Assembly (NCBI GenBank): GCA_044222185.1
Contig: JBGANV010000001.1
Location: 1,120,001-1,184,000 of the forward strand
Source: Planctomycetota bacterium
Lineage (GTDB): Bacteria; Planctomycetota; GCA-002687715; CAIWVZ01
Length of the DNA: 64,000 nucleotides
Direction: 5' to 3'
Under the pieces are notes generated by a model that was given only the letters and a program-made list of their open reading frames with translations, made no database searches and was not told the DNA's origin. Positions 1 to 8,646 of this stretch are shown one piece after another. Made by a program: the position numbers and the translations under genes. Positions within the stretch are counted from its first letter, which is position 1, and each line of letters starts with the position of its first letter.

Positions 1-915
1 CATGCCCACGTCGTTCATGAGCGGGCGGAGGAACCGCCACATCCAGGTCATGGGCACGACACCGGCGAGCCGCGACGGGAGATCCTGGCGATCCAGCGCC
101 AACGTCGCCGCGGCTTCGGGATCATCGGTCGCCCCGGCATAGTCGGCTCGATGGATGATTCCGCGACCGACGCCCTTCCCTCGTGCGAAGCCGTCGATCC
201 AGCCGACGAGGTAATCCGCGTCTGCCCGATGGCTCTCGAAGACGTCGATCATCTCCTGGAGCGAACGCGGGGCGAGCACCGAGACTCGCACACGGCCGCC
301 AGGTACGGGTTTGAGGCGGAGCGTGATGCGTGTGAACGCCCCGAGCATGCCGAAGCCGCCGATGGCTGCGCGGAAGACGTCTGCGTTCTCCGTGCGTGTG
401 CAGCGAAGCTCCGCGCCGAGCGGCGTGAGGATGTGGAACGCATCCACGTGCTCCCCGATCGTGCCCACGCGGAAGTTGTTCTTCCCGTGGATGTTCATCG
501 CGAGACATCCGCCGAGGGTCGGATGCATGGTGCCCGGCACGACGGGCGGCCAGAACCCCTTCGGCACGGCCAGTCGCCACAGGTCGCGGATCGTGACTCC
601 CGGCTCCGCGGTGACGACGCCAGCTTCCGCGTCGAAATGGATCACCTCGCGCATCGGCGTCATGTCGACGACGATCCCACCGGAGTTCAGCGCCGCATCG
701 CCGTAGCTGCAACCGGACCCGCGAAGGACGACCGTCCGATCCTCCTCGCGCGCGCGTGAAAACACGGTGCGGAGCTCGGCCACGGAACGCACGGAGACGC
801 ATTCGGACACCGAGGAAACCGCGCGTCCCCACCCTGCGAGACGCCGCCGGCCACCGACTGCGGACGCCGACCCGGCAGTTGCGGCGCGGAGTGAGGCAGT
901 CCCTGTTTCAGACAT
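1..915 (-). CDS. FAD-binding oxidoreductase, DprE1-like (decaprenylphosphoryl-ribose 2'-oxidase family); runs off the left edge
   Basis: Absent from the ORF track; translated by hand from ATG at 915: ...LAGWGR...RGSGCSYGDAALN...AEPGVTI...WPPVVPGTMHPTLGGCLAMNIHGKN...AIGGFGMLG...YLVGWID. These motifs are typical of DprE1. Overlaps the SDR stop by 8 nt. Confidence 0.85.
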   Translation of the reverse strand, partial: MSETGTASLRAATAGSASAVGGRRRLAGWGRAVSSVSECVSVRSVAELRTVFSRAREEDRTVVLRGSGCSYGDAALNSGGIVVDMTPMREVIHFDAEAGVVTAEPGVTIRDLWRLAVPKGFWPPVVPGTMHPTLGGCLAMNIHGKNNFRVGTIGEHVDAFHILTPLGAELRCTRTENADVFRAAIGGFGMLGAFTRITLRLKPVPGGRVRVSVLAPRSLQEMIDVFESHRADADYLVGWIDGFARGKGVGRGIIHRADYAGATDDPEAAATLALDRQDLPSRLAGVVPMTWMWRFLRPLMNDVGM

Positions 916-1663
916 TGAGGCGGCGGAAGATGAACGAAGGAATGTTTCGGATGACGAAGGCGACGAGGCCCCATCGTGCCGGCACGAAGAAGCTCTGACG
1001 GCCGCGATCGGCGCCGTCGAGGATCACTTGCGCGCAACGTTCCGCGGAGATCACCCAAAAGAGCTTCTCGACGCCCTTCAACATATCGGTCTGGATGAAC
1101 CCTGGCTTGACGGTCACGACCGAGACGCCGTGCCGGGTGAGGCGGTTTCGCAACGATTCGAGGAACGTGCTGAAGCAGGCCTTCGACGCACAGTAGGCCG
1201 GGTTCCCCAGCCGTCCGCGCTCGCCTGCGATGGAGGAGATCCCGACGATCTGACCCGAGCGCTGCTCGAGGAATCGGCTGGCCGCGAGGTCGAGCCACGA
1301 CATCGCGCCGATGACGTTCACCTCGATCATCGAGCGATCCTTCGAGGCGTCGAACTCGTCGATTCGGACCTTGGGCATCACGCCCGCGGCATAGATCACG
1401 CGGTCGACGCGACCACCGAGCACCATGACGGACGCATCGAACGCGCGCCGGACGTCGTCGTGGTGAGTCACGTCGTGCGTGATCGCCGTGACGGACGCCG
1501 ACGCGTTGGCCGCCTTGCAGCGCGCGATCAAGGCCTCGAGTTCGGGCGTGCGGCGCGCGACGGCGACGACGGCCTCGCCCCGTCGCGCGATCACCTCGAC
1601 GAGGGCCGCGCCGATGCCGGAGGACGCCCCGACGACGATCGTCTTCCTGCTATGTGCAGTCAT
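908..1663 (-). CDS. Short-chain dehydrogenase/reductase, DprE2-like
   Basis: GASSGIG Rossmann motif, SSIAGERGR, YCASK catalytic motif, VKPGFIQT. Directly upstream of the DprE1-like gene. Start set at ATG 1663, 7 nt after a -10-like box. Confidence 0.85.
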   Translation of the reverse strand: MTAHSRKTIVVGASSGIGAALVEVIARRGEAVVAVARRTPELEALIARCKAANASASVTAITHDVTHHDDVRRAFDASVMVLGGRVDRVIYAAGVMPKVRIDEFDASKDRSMIEVNVIGAMSWLDLAASRFLEQRSGQIVGISSIAGERGRLGNPAYCASKACFSTFLESLRNRLTRHGVSVVTVKPGFIQTDMLKGVEKLFWVISAERCAQVILDGADRGRQSFFVPARWGLVAFVIRNIPSFIFRRLNV

Positions 1664-1670
1664 GGGGCGG

Positions 1671-1679
1671 ATTGTGGCA
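1671..1679 (-). promoter_or_regulatory. Putative extended -10 promoter (TGcCACAAT), near-leaderless, for the SDR/DprE1-like pair
   Basis: Minus strand reads TGcCACAAT-7 nt-ATG; no Shine-Dalgarno sequence. Confidence 0.45.
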
Positions 1680-1738
1680 CGGCTGAGCCCTCGCGCCACG
1701 CAGGGCGCGAGGAGTGTTTCGCTGCTCGCTCGCCGGGA

Positions 1739-3157
1739 TCAGTTCCTCACGAACTTCACGTAGGGGAAGTCGAGCGGCTGCCCGTTGATGCCCTTGGTCG
1801 GCGGGCAGATGTAGTTTGCGAACTCGCCGGGCTTCGTCACGGGCTTCATGAGGCTCATGACGTAGGCGTGGTCGGTCGGTCGAGGCAGGGCTGCCTGGGC
1901 TTCCCGGTCCCACGCCTCCTCGGTCAGGAGCGGGTTGCCGTCGCGGTCGAACCACTGCCCGGCGTACGCGCCGACGTGGCGGTGGAAGCGACGGTGCGGG
2001 AGGCGGAGACGGTCCGGAACGCCTTCCTCGGAGAGGGCCCGGTTCCACGTGCCGAGCGCGCGCTCGCAGTCCTTGATGTACTCGTCCCGCAGCACTTCGT
2101 TCAGGGCGTTGCGGTACGCGACCTGCTGCTTCGTCAGCCGCCCGTTCTCGAGGACCTCCAGTTCGAAGCCCTGATCGAGCGCCTTGTGGTCCTGGTATTT
2201 CTCCTGTTCGCGGAAGCGTCCCTTCAAACCGGCAGCGAACCAGTCGGCCGAGTTGCTCGAGATCTCGCCCCCGAAGAGGTCCATGCCGTAGGTGAACCAG
2301 AAGTTGATGCAGCGTTGGATCGTGTCGAGCGGGATGCCTCCAAGCTTCGTCACGTCCCCGTTCGGAGCTTGCTTCATGAGCTGCGCGGTCCGGCGGACGA
2401 TGCGTCCCAGGCCCGTTTCACCGACGAAGAGGTGATGCGCCTCCTCCGTCAACATGAAGCGCGTCGAGCGGCGCAAGGGCGCGAACCCGGACTCGGCGAG
2501 CGCGGCCAGCTGATACTTGCCGTCGCGGTCGATGAACATGGTGAATGCGAAGAACGACAGCCAGTCGTTGCACGGCTGGTTGAACGCCTGGAGGATGCGC
2601 GGCTTGTCCGGATTGCCGGAACGGCGCGCGAGCATCTCCTCCGCCTCCTCGCGGCCGTCGCGACCGAAGTAGCGGTGCAGGAGGTAGACCATCGCCCAGA
2701 GGTGGCGGCCCTCCTCGACGTTCACCTGGAAGAGGTTCCGCAGGTCATAGAGGCTCGGGCAGGTGTGACCGAGCTGGCGCTGTTGCTCGACCGATGCAGG
2801 CTCCGTGTCGCCCTGGGTGACGATGATCCGGCGGAGTGCGTTGCGAAACTCGCCTGGAACCTCGTCGAAGGACGGCTCGCCCTCGTGGTCGCCGAAGCCG
2901 ATCGCCTCCGCGTCCTTCTCTTTCGCCAGGAAGATCCCCCAACGGTAGTCGGGCATCTTGACGTGATCGAACTGCGCCCAGCCGTCCGAGTCGACGGAGA
3001 TGGCCGTGCGCAGATAGATCTCGTCCTGCTGGAACCCGTCAGGCCCCATCTCCATCCACCAGTTCTGGAACGATGGCTGCCACTGCTCCAAGGCACGCTG
3101 GAGGCGAGGGTCCGACGAGAGATCGACGTTGTTTGGAATCCGGTCAGAGAGGGACAT
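1739..3157 (-). CDS. boxB: Benzoyl-CoA 2,3-epoxidase oxygenase subunit BoxB
   Basis: IPNNVDL N-terminus, VKMPDYRWGI, TQGDTEPASVEQQ, diiron motifs EEGRH and EEAHH, DRDGKYQL. About 472 aa from ATG 3157, coupled to the boxC stop. Confidence 0.95.
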   Translation of the reverse strand: MSLSDRIPNNVDLSSDPRLQRALEQWQPSFQNWWMEMGPDGFQQDEIYLRTAISVDSDGWAQFDHVKMPDYRWGIFLAKEKDAEAIGFGDHEGEPSFDEVPGEFRNALRRIIVTQGDTEPASVEQQRQLGHTCPSLYDLRNLFQVNVEEGRHLWAMVYLLHRYFGRDGREEAEEMLARRSGNPDKPRILQAFNQPCNDWLSFFAFTMFIDRDGKYQLAALAESGFAPLRRSTRFMLTEEAHHLFVGETGLGRIVRRTAQLMKQAPNGDVTKLGGIPLDTIQRCINFWFTYGMDLFGGEISSNSADWFAAGLKGRFREQEKYQDHKALDQGFELEVLENGRLTKQQVAYRNALNEVLRDEYIKDCERALGTWNRALSEEGVPDRLRLPHRRFHRHVGAYAGQWFDRDGNPLLTEEAWDREAQAALPRPTDHAYVMSLMKPVTKPGEFANYICPPTKGINGQPLDFPYVKFVRN

Positions 3158-4830
3158 CACGTTCTCCGATAGTCGAAAACAGGCCGGGTGGCCTTTCCGT
3201 AGGAGGTCAAGGCACCCTTCTCCCCCACGGCGTTCGGTCGTTGGAAGATCCAGTTCTGCCACGCTGTGAGCCGGCCGAAGATCTTGCTGTCACACGTTTC
3301 CGGCCCGCCGAAGCGGAGCGACGCCTCCATGCCCGTGAGCGCGTCCGGCGAGAGGCTCGCGCGCTCTTCCACCGCGACGCGGACCTCGTCTTCGTAGTCG
3401 AGAGGGTCGAGACAGAAAGTCGCGAGTCCGAGATCGTCGATGCGCCGAGCGTCAAGCAATCCCGACTTCGACGCCGTCCGGATCACGTCGACATGGTCGG
3501 GCGTTCCGAGGAAGCGCGACTGGAGGCGCGTGAGGCCGTGTGGCATCGGCAGCGGCCCGAAATTCAGCGAAGACGTTCCCATGAACACGGGGCGCTTGGG
3601 TTCGTCGAGGACGTAGATGCGGTCTGCCGCGAGCGCCACCTCGAGGAGCGATCCGCCGAAACACGAGCCGGGCTCGACGAACGCGAAGAAGCTCTTCGCG
3701 GTTGCGTCCAGGCGCCGGAGGACGCGCGCCTGATGAAGAAGGACCTCCCGCCCAAACCAGTGGGTCTGAGCGCGAGCGAGGGCCTCGTCCGCGCGCAGTA
3801 CGCGTTGGATGTCGCCGGTCGTCTTGAGCCGCACGACACCGATCTCGAGAAAGTTCATCCGCAGATGGAGGAGCGCGCGATCGAGTTCGCGGAACGCACG
3901 AAGCGCCCACAGGTCCGCGCCGCGGGCGAGCATGGCGTCGGCAGTCTCCGGTTCATCCGCGTCGGGGCCGGCTACGGTCAGCGTCGCCGTGCGGTGCTCC
4001 GGCTCGAGGTCGAGCGTCACGTACTTGCCCTTCAGGGATCCGCCGGCTCCAACCAGGTCGACGGGCGGAAGTTTCACGCCCTGCGTTCCGGCGGCTGGTC
4101 CACCGGTTGCCGCGTCCGCGAACTTGCGGGCGCGCGCATCGACGTCTTGCTGGAACGTGCTCTTGGGAAAGACGTCATCCACGAGGTTCATGGTGATCGC
4201 ACGGCGGCCCTTGATGCCTTCCGCCACCGTCGAGAACACGTCGGCGTGGTCGCGTCGGACCTTGCGCTTGTCGACGAGCCGCGTGAGTCCGCCCGTACCC
4301 GGAAGCACGCCCAGGAGCGGAACCTCCGGCAGCGAAACGGCGCTGTTGCCGTCGTCGACGAGGTAGATCGTGTCGCAAGCGATTGCCAGCTCGTATCCGC
4401 CACCGGATGCCGTGCCGTTCAGCGCGGCGATCGTCTTCACCCCGGAATTCCGTGCGAGGTCCTCGAGGCTGATGCGGGTTTCGTTCGTGAACTTGCAGAA
4501 GTTCACTTTGAATGGATGCGACGAGGCCCCGAGCATGTAGATGTTCGCCCCTGCGCAGAAGATCCGATCGAACGCGCTCGTGATGACGAGGACACGCACG
4601 TCGGGATGCTCGAAGCGCAGGCGCTGGATCACGTCGGCCAGCTCGATGTCCACGCCCAGGTCGTAGGAGTTGAGCTTCAGGCTGTAGCCCGGCCGAAGCG
4701 TCTGCGAATCCTGCACCTGCATGGTGAGGCGTGCGATCTTCCCGTCCACCTGCAGCTTCCAGTGGCGGTAACGCGAGGGATCGGTATCGAACGAGATCGG
4801 GGGATGCGATTGCGTTTCGGTGTCGGCCAT
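3157..4830 (-). CDS. boxC: 2,3-epoxybenzoyl-CoA dihydrolase BoxC (crotonase fold)
   Basis: LKLNSYDLGVDIEL, FCAGANIYML, KVNFCKFTNETR, LPEVPLLGVLPGTGG, GRLTAWQNWIFQRPNA; 557 aa. Confidence 0.95.
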   Translation of the reverse strand: MADTETQSHPPISFDTDPSRYRHWKLQVDGKIARLTMQVQDSQTLRPGYSLKLNSYDLGVDIELADVIQRLRFEHPDVRVLVITSAFDRIFCAGANIYMLGASSHPFKVNFCKFTNETRISLEDLARNSGVKTIAALNGTASGGGYELAIACDTIYLVDDGNSAVSLPEVPLLGVLPGTGGLTRLVDKRKVRRDHADVFSTVAEGIKGRRAITMNLVDDVFPKSTFQQDVDARARKFADAATGGPAAGTQGVKLPPVDLVGAGGSLKGKYVTLDLEPEHRTATLTVAGPDADEPETADAMLARGADLWALRAFRELDRALLHLRMNFLEIGVVRLKTTGDIQRVLRADEALARAQTHWFGREVLLHQARVLRRLDATAKSFFAFVEPGSCFGGSLLEVALAADRIYVLDEPKRPVFMGTSSLNFGPLPMPHGLTRLQSRFLGTPDHVDVIRTASKSGLLDARRIDDLGLATFCLDPLDYEDEVRVAVEERASLSPDALTGMEASLRFGGPETCDSKIFGRLTAWQNWIFQRPNAVGEKGALTSYGKATRPVFDYRRT

Positions 4831-4838
4831 GGGGCCAG

Positions 4839-4867
4839 AGTCTAGCTTCGAGGCGGGAGAACGACAA
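4839..4867 (-). promoter_or_regulatory. Putative sigma70 promoter of boxCB
   Basis: Minus strand TTGTCG-N17-TAGACT, 8 nt before the boxC ATG. Confidence 0.55.
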
Positions 4868-4914
4868 GCACTATACTTCTCTTGCGGTGACCCATCTGGG
4901 CACTATATTGCCCA
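4868..4914. promoter_or_regulatory. Putative BoxR operator sites
   Basis: Direct repeat GCACTATA at 4868 and 4900. The second copy lies in the palindrome TGGGCA-CTATAT-TGCCCA (4897-4914). Resembles the TGCA-type boxes of BzdR/BoxR regulators. Confidence 0.55.
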
Positions 4915-4919
4915 CCGCC

Positions 4920-5687
4920 ATGACGGCGAGGCGCACCGATCCGGATGACCTGGACTTCCTGCGACGGCTGGGCGGCGTCGTCCACGTCAAGCGCCAGCGA
5001 CAGGGCTTCACCGCGAGAGAGCTGGCAGAGCGCTCGGGGCTCTCGCGGCGCTTCATCGCCCTGCTCGAAGCCGGCGACGGCAACGCGTCGGCGACGAACC
5101 TGCGACGCCTGGCGCGGGCCCTCGGCGTGACCCTGGCCGATCTGCTGACGGCCGCCGACGGCCCGCCTGCCCGTCGGCCCATCGCACTGTTGGGCCTGCG
5201 GGGCGCCGGCAAGAGCACCCTGGGAGCCAAGGCCGCCAAGCGCGCGGCGCTCCCCTTCGTCGAGCTCGACGCCGTCGTCGAGAGGTCGGCCGGCCTCGCG
5301 CTCGCCGAGATCTTCGCCGTCCATGGAGAGCAGTACTTCCGCCGAGTGGAGCGCGAGGCCCTTCGCGAAGTCGTGGACGCGGACCCGCCGGCGCTCATCG
5401 CGACGGGTGGCGGGATCGTGGCGTCTGCCGACACGTTCGCGCTCCTTCGCGAGCGCTGCGTCACCGTCTGGCTCAAGGCCACGCCCGAGGACCACTGGAA
5501 CCGCGTCGTGGCACAGGGCGATCACCGGCCCATCACGAGCCGGCCGGACGCCAAGGCCGAGCTGCGTTCGATACTCGCGGCACGCGCGCCGCTCTACGCA
5601 CAGGCGGATCACGTCATCGACACGTCGCACCTCGACGTGGAGGAAGCCGTCGCGGCGCTCGTGGAGATCGCGAAGCAGCCGGCTTGA
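4920..5687 (+). CDS. boxR: BoxR/BzdR-family regulator (XRE HTH plus shikimate-kinase-like benzoyl-CoA sensor)
   Basis: ELAERSGLSRRFIALLEAGDGN helix-turn-helix; IALLGLRGAGKSTLG P-loop; RVVAQGDHRP. Divergent from boxC. Confidence 0.9.
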   Translation: MTARRTDPDDLDFLRRLGGVVHVKRQRQGFTARELAERSGLSRRFIALLEAGDGNASATNLRRLARALGVTLADLLTAADGPPARRPIALLGLRGAGKSTLGAKAAKRAALPFVELDAVVERSAGLALAEIFAVHGEQYFRRVEREALREVVDADPPALIATGGGIVASADTFALLRERCVTVWLKATPEDHWNRVVAQGDHRPITSRPDAKAELRSILAARAPLYAQADHVIDTSHLDVEEAVAALVEIAKQPA

Positions 5688-5693
5688 CGCGGC

Positions 5694-6221
5694 TCAGTCT
5701 GGCTGGTCGACGGACCAATCGCAGTGGTCGCCACCCACGGGCAGTTGCAGGTCGACGCTCCCTGCACCGCCCGTCCGCGGCTCGATCTCCTCGTACCAAG
5801 GCGGCGCGAGCCGCTTGCAGAGGACCCGACAGTCGTGGGATCCGGCCCGTCCCGTTCGCTTGAGGTTCTCGAAAAACGCGCATTGCTTGATGCGCATCAC
5901 GACCTTGCCGTCCTTCACGAACAGCTCGAACTTGTGGCCGTACAGGTGCGCCATCGCCTGGAAAACGGCCATCTTGTCCGCGGCACTTTTTCCGTCGAGG
6001 CCCGCGATCTTCCTCCACGCGCGCGTGGCGATGCGGAACTGGGAGATGAAGACGCGGATGTCCACCTCCATCGTCTGCGCTTCGCCCAGTCGCTCGAGGA
6101 TGTTCATGAACCACAGTCCGTCGAGCGTGATGATCATCTGCCGCGAGAATGCGGCGATCTTCGCCCAATCGACGGCGGCGTCGTGGGTGAGAGGTTGCGG
6201 AACGGGCGCGGGCTGCTCCAA
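5694..6221 (-). CDS. DUF6125-like / V4R-type ligand-binding protein
   Basis: LDGLWF motif and Cys pattern (CAFF...HDCRVLC...HCDW); 175 aa, directly downstream of the desaturase. Confidence 0.6.
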   Translation of the reverse strand: MEQPAPVPQPLTHDAAVDWAKIAAFSRQMIITLDGLWFMNILERLGEAQTMEVDIRVFISQFRIATRAWRKIAGLDGKSAADKMAVFQAMAHLYGHKFELFVKDGKVVMRIKQCAFFENLKRTGRAGSHDCRVLCKRLAPPWYEEIEPRTGGAGSVDLQLPVGGDHCDWSVDQPD

Positions 6222-6233
6222 GGGGAGCTCTCC

Positions 6234-7271
6234 TTACGACCCCACTCCGCCGGCGACCGGCGCCGCAACCGGAGCGGCCGCGGGCGCGGCCACGATCCTG
6301 TAGTCCGGGTGCTGTTCGCGGAACTTCGCGAGCTGGCTCGGGAAGAACATGCCGCGGCAGAGGAGCTGTCCGGCGCGATAGTACCCGAAGGGGACGATGT
6401 GCGCTCCAGCCGCCACGAGTTCCGGCTTCAGCTTCTCGTGCAACTGTGGGAGCTGGCTCCAATGCACGTTCGGGTGATCGTGATGTTCGATGTGGTACCC
6501 GATGTTGAACATCGTCAGGTTGAAGAGTTTCGACACGAACGTCGTCGAATGGCTGTACGGCCTGGCCTCGGTCTTGCGGACACAGCCAGCGTGTTGCGCG
6601 TACATTCCGGGCGCCATCACCATCGCGTTGGCCACGATCGCGGGAAGCAGCCACAGCCCCAGCGCCATCACTGGATCGATCAGGAACGGAATCGACCACA
6701 GCGCGAGGAAGATCACGAATTCGATCAATGCCTTGCGCCCGATGCGTGCCTCCCACCGGCCGCCCGTGAAGTCCTTCCAAAGCGCCGGGGTGTAGCGGAA
6801 CGGCCACGCGAAGAACGAGTACGTGTAGATGTTCTCGAACGACCCGTCGGGCCGTTGTTTCGGCAGCGTCCAGTCGATGTCCTCGAGCAGGTGCGCGTGG
6901 TGGACCGTCACGTGGGCGTGCTGCCAGAAGAAGGATGGCCACGCGCCCGACACCGTCCAGGTCCGCCCGAACCACGTGTTCAGCGCCGGGCTGTTGAAGA
7001 TCTTCCGGTGGGTGTGGTTGTGGAAGTTCACACCGACGTTGATCCCGGAACACCACCCGAGCATCAGCGCGCACGCGGCGACGTAGGCCAGCCGCGCGAG
7101 CACGCTCGTCTCGATGACGGCGAGTGCGCCGACCGGGTGCAGATAGAGGATCATCGCGAGGACGTACCCGAGCGTCAGCACGACGTGGAATACGACGCAA
7201 TGGATGTCCTGCGGATGCGCGAGGATCGGCTTGCGTTCAGGGCCCGTCGTATCCTGTGTCTGTGTGCTCAT
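6234..7271 (-). CDS. Membrane-bound fatty acid desaturase/hydroxylase family protein
   Basis: Three His boxes (HNHTH, HVTVHH, HIEHH) and several TM segments. Confidence 0.88.
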   Translation of the reverse strand: MSTQTQDTTGPERKPILAHPQDIHCVVFHVVLTLGYVLAMILYLHPVGALAVIETSVLARLAYVAACALMLGWCSGINVGVNFHNHTHRKIFNSPALNTWFGRTWTVSGAWPSFFWQHAHVTVHHAHLLEDIDWTLPKQRPDGSFENIYTYSFFAWPFRYTPALWKDFTGGRWEARIGRKALIEFVIFLALWSIPFLIDPVMALGLWLLPAIVANAMVMAPGMYAQHAGCVRKTEARPYSHSTTFVSKLFNLTMFNIGYHIEHHDHPNVHWSQLPQLHEKLKPELVAAGAHIVPFGYYRAGQLLCRGMFFPSQLAKFREQHPDYRIVAAPAAAPVAAPVAGGVGS

Positions 7272-7274
7272 GGC

Positions 7275-7436
7275 TCAGGCGATGCGCGCGACGATGCGCC
7301 ACCACAGGTACGCGAGGATCAGGCTGATCCACGGTCCCCAGAACACGGCGCCGACGACGATTGCGAGCGCCGTGATGGGAAACAGCGACCGCCCCACGAT
7401 CGATCCGAGGCTGATGCTGGTACCGCTTGCATTCAT
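7275..7436 (-). CDS. Small hydrophobic membrane protein (53 aa)
   Basis: MNASGTSISLGSIVGRSLFPITALAIVVGAVFWGPWISLILAYLWWRIVARIA; ends 3 nt before the desaturase start; coding-like codon usage. Confidence 0.6.
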   Translation of the reverse strand: MNASGTSISLGSIVGRSLFPITALAIVVGAVFWGPWISLILAYLWWRIVARIA

Positions 7437-7491
7437 GTGAGGGCTCTCAGAAGTCGCGACGCCGAGGACGAGCCGACGCGACACGAGGTCG

Positions 7492-7553
7492 CCGGAAGAT
7501 ACCTCCGGTCCCTGGGGTCGTGCAAACCCCAGCGGCTTTTCCAGTTGGGAAAA
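7492..7553 (-). promoter_or_regulatory. Putative promoter of the desaturase operon with three inverted repeats
   Basis: Minus strand TTGCAC-N18-TATCTT; inverted repeats at 7492-7508, 7512-7532 and 7537-7553. Confidence 0.45.
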
Positions 7554-7610
7554 CGCAGGTCGGGTGAGTCTCTTCCTCAGTGATCGATTTCGTCGCCGAA
7601 CACGTGGCTT

Positions 7611-8636
7611 TCACACGTGCTTGTCGCGACCGGATGTCGTGCCGAGTGGAGGCGGAACCACGATGTCCTCCGCGTGAATGAAGCGCGGTTGAGGTGCACG
7701 TCCCAGGTCGGCGGCGGCCGCATCCCACTCTTCGGCGAGGGCCTCGGCATTGACCCGCGGCGATGCGGCACGGATGCCCAGATAGGCTCCGTCCTCGGGC
7801 GCGACGCGAAAGCCGGCGCGCGCGAACGTCAATAGCCAGGGCGATCGCGCAAAGGAGGGCGCCTCGACCCGACGCTCCCCCGTCCCGATCACGGCGCCGA
7901 GGAGCGCATGAGCCGCGACCTCGTCTTCTGGCGGGACACGAAACTCCATCACGATCACGACCTCACCGCGGGGCCGCACGATCGCATGGCCCCGGACCGA
8001 TCCATCGCGATCGACGACCCCGAGCACGAAATCGTCGCGCCACGGGTTCGACGTACGGAAACGCATGAGCGCGCCGTCGCGCCGCACGTCGATGCTGCGG
8101 GCTGCCGTCCGGCGCGGCAGACGGTCGAGTTCATCACTGGTCAGCCGGCGGACGTCCAGGTCGCACTGCGTCTGAAACGGCGCCGGCAGGCGTACGGCGC
8201 GAATCTCCGTCCGCACGGGTTTGAAGTCGCGCACGCGCCGCAGGAACCACCAATCGGACTCATGCACCAATCCGAACACCGCGTGAACCCGCCCGCCGGC
8301 TTCCGCGTACTCGGCGAACGTCTCGTCCATCGCAACGAAGGACCCGTGGATGCCGCCGACGCGGTAGAGCTCGTCAGTCCAACAGCCGAACAGCCGCCCG
8401 AACGTCATCTCGTGCTCGCCGATCTGCATGGGAACGTGCGAGGCGCCGAGGTGACCGACGATTCTCCCGCTCGAGTCCTCCGCCACGATGGACGAGCACC
8501 CGAACGGGTTGCCGCCCAGGGCGTGACCGATCATGTGGCGGACGTTCTCGAACGGGCGCGCGGTCGCGCTCGCGAAGCCTCGAGCAATGCCGTCCAAGTC
8601 CGCCTCGGTGGACGGCCGGATGTTGAAACCACTCAT
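7611..8636 (-). CDS. GNAT-fold acyltransferase-like protein (divergent paralog of the next gene)
   Basis: FNIRPSTEADL start and NPFG...VAEDSSGRIVGH; architecture colinear with 8647-9654. Confidence 0.65.
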   Translation of the reverse strand: MSGFNIRPSTEADLDGIARGFASATARPFENVRHMIGHALGGNPFGCSSIVAEDSSGRIVGHLGASHVPMQIGEHEMTFGRLFGCWTDELYRVGGIHGSFVAMDETFAEYAEAGGRVHAVFGLVHESDWWFLRRVRDFKPVRTEIRAVRLPAPFQTQCDLDVRRLTSDELDRLPRRTAARSIDVRRDGALMRFRTSNPWRDDFVLGVVDRDGSVRGHAIVRPRGEVVIVMEFRVPPEDEVAAHALLGAVIGTGERRVEAPSFARSPWLLTFARAGFRVAPEDGAYLGIRAASPRVNAEALAEEWDAAAADLGRAPQPRFIHAEDIVVPPPLGTTSGRDKHV

Positions 8637-8646
8637 CGTCGCTCCG

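Noticed and set aside
767-4845. Long plus-strand ORFs (801 aa and 590 aa)
   Set aside because: Antisense shadows of the SDR, boxB and boxC caused by high-GC codon bias; no recognisable motifs
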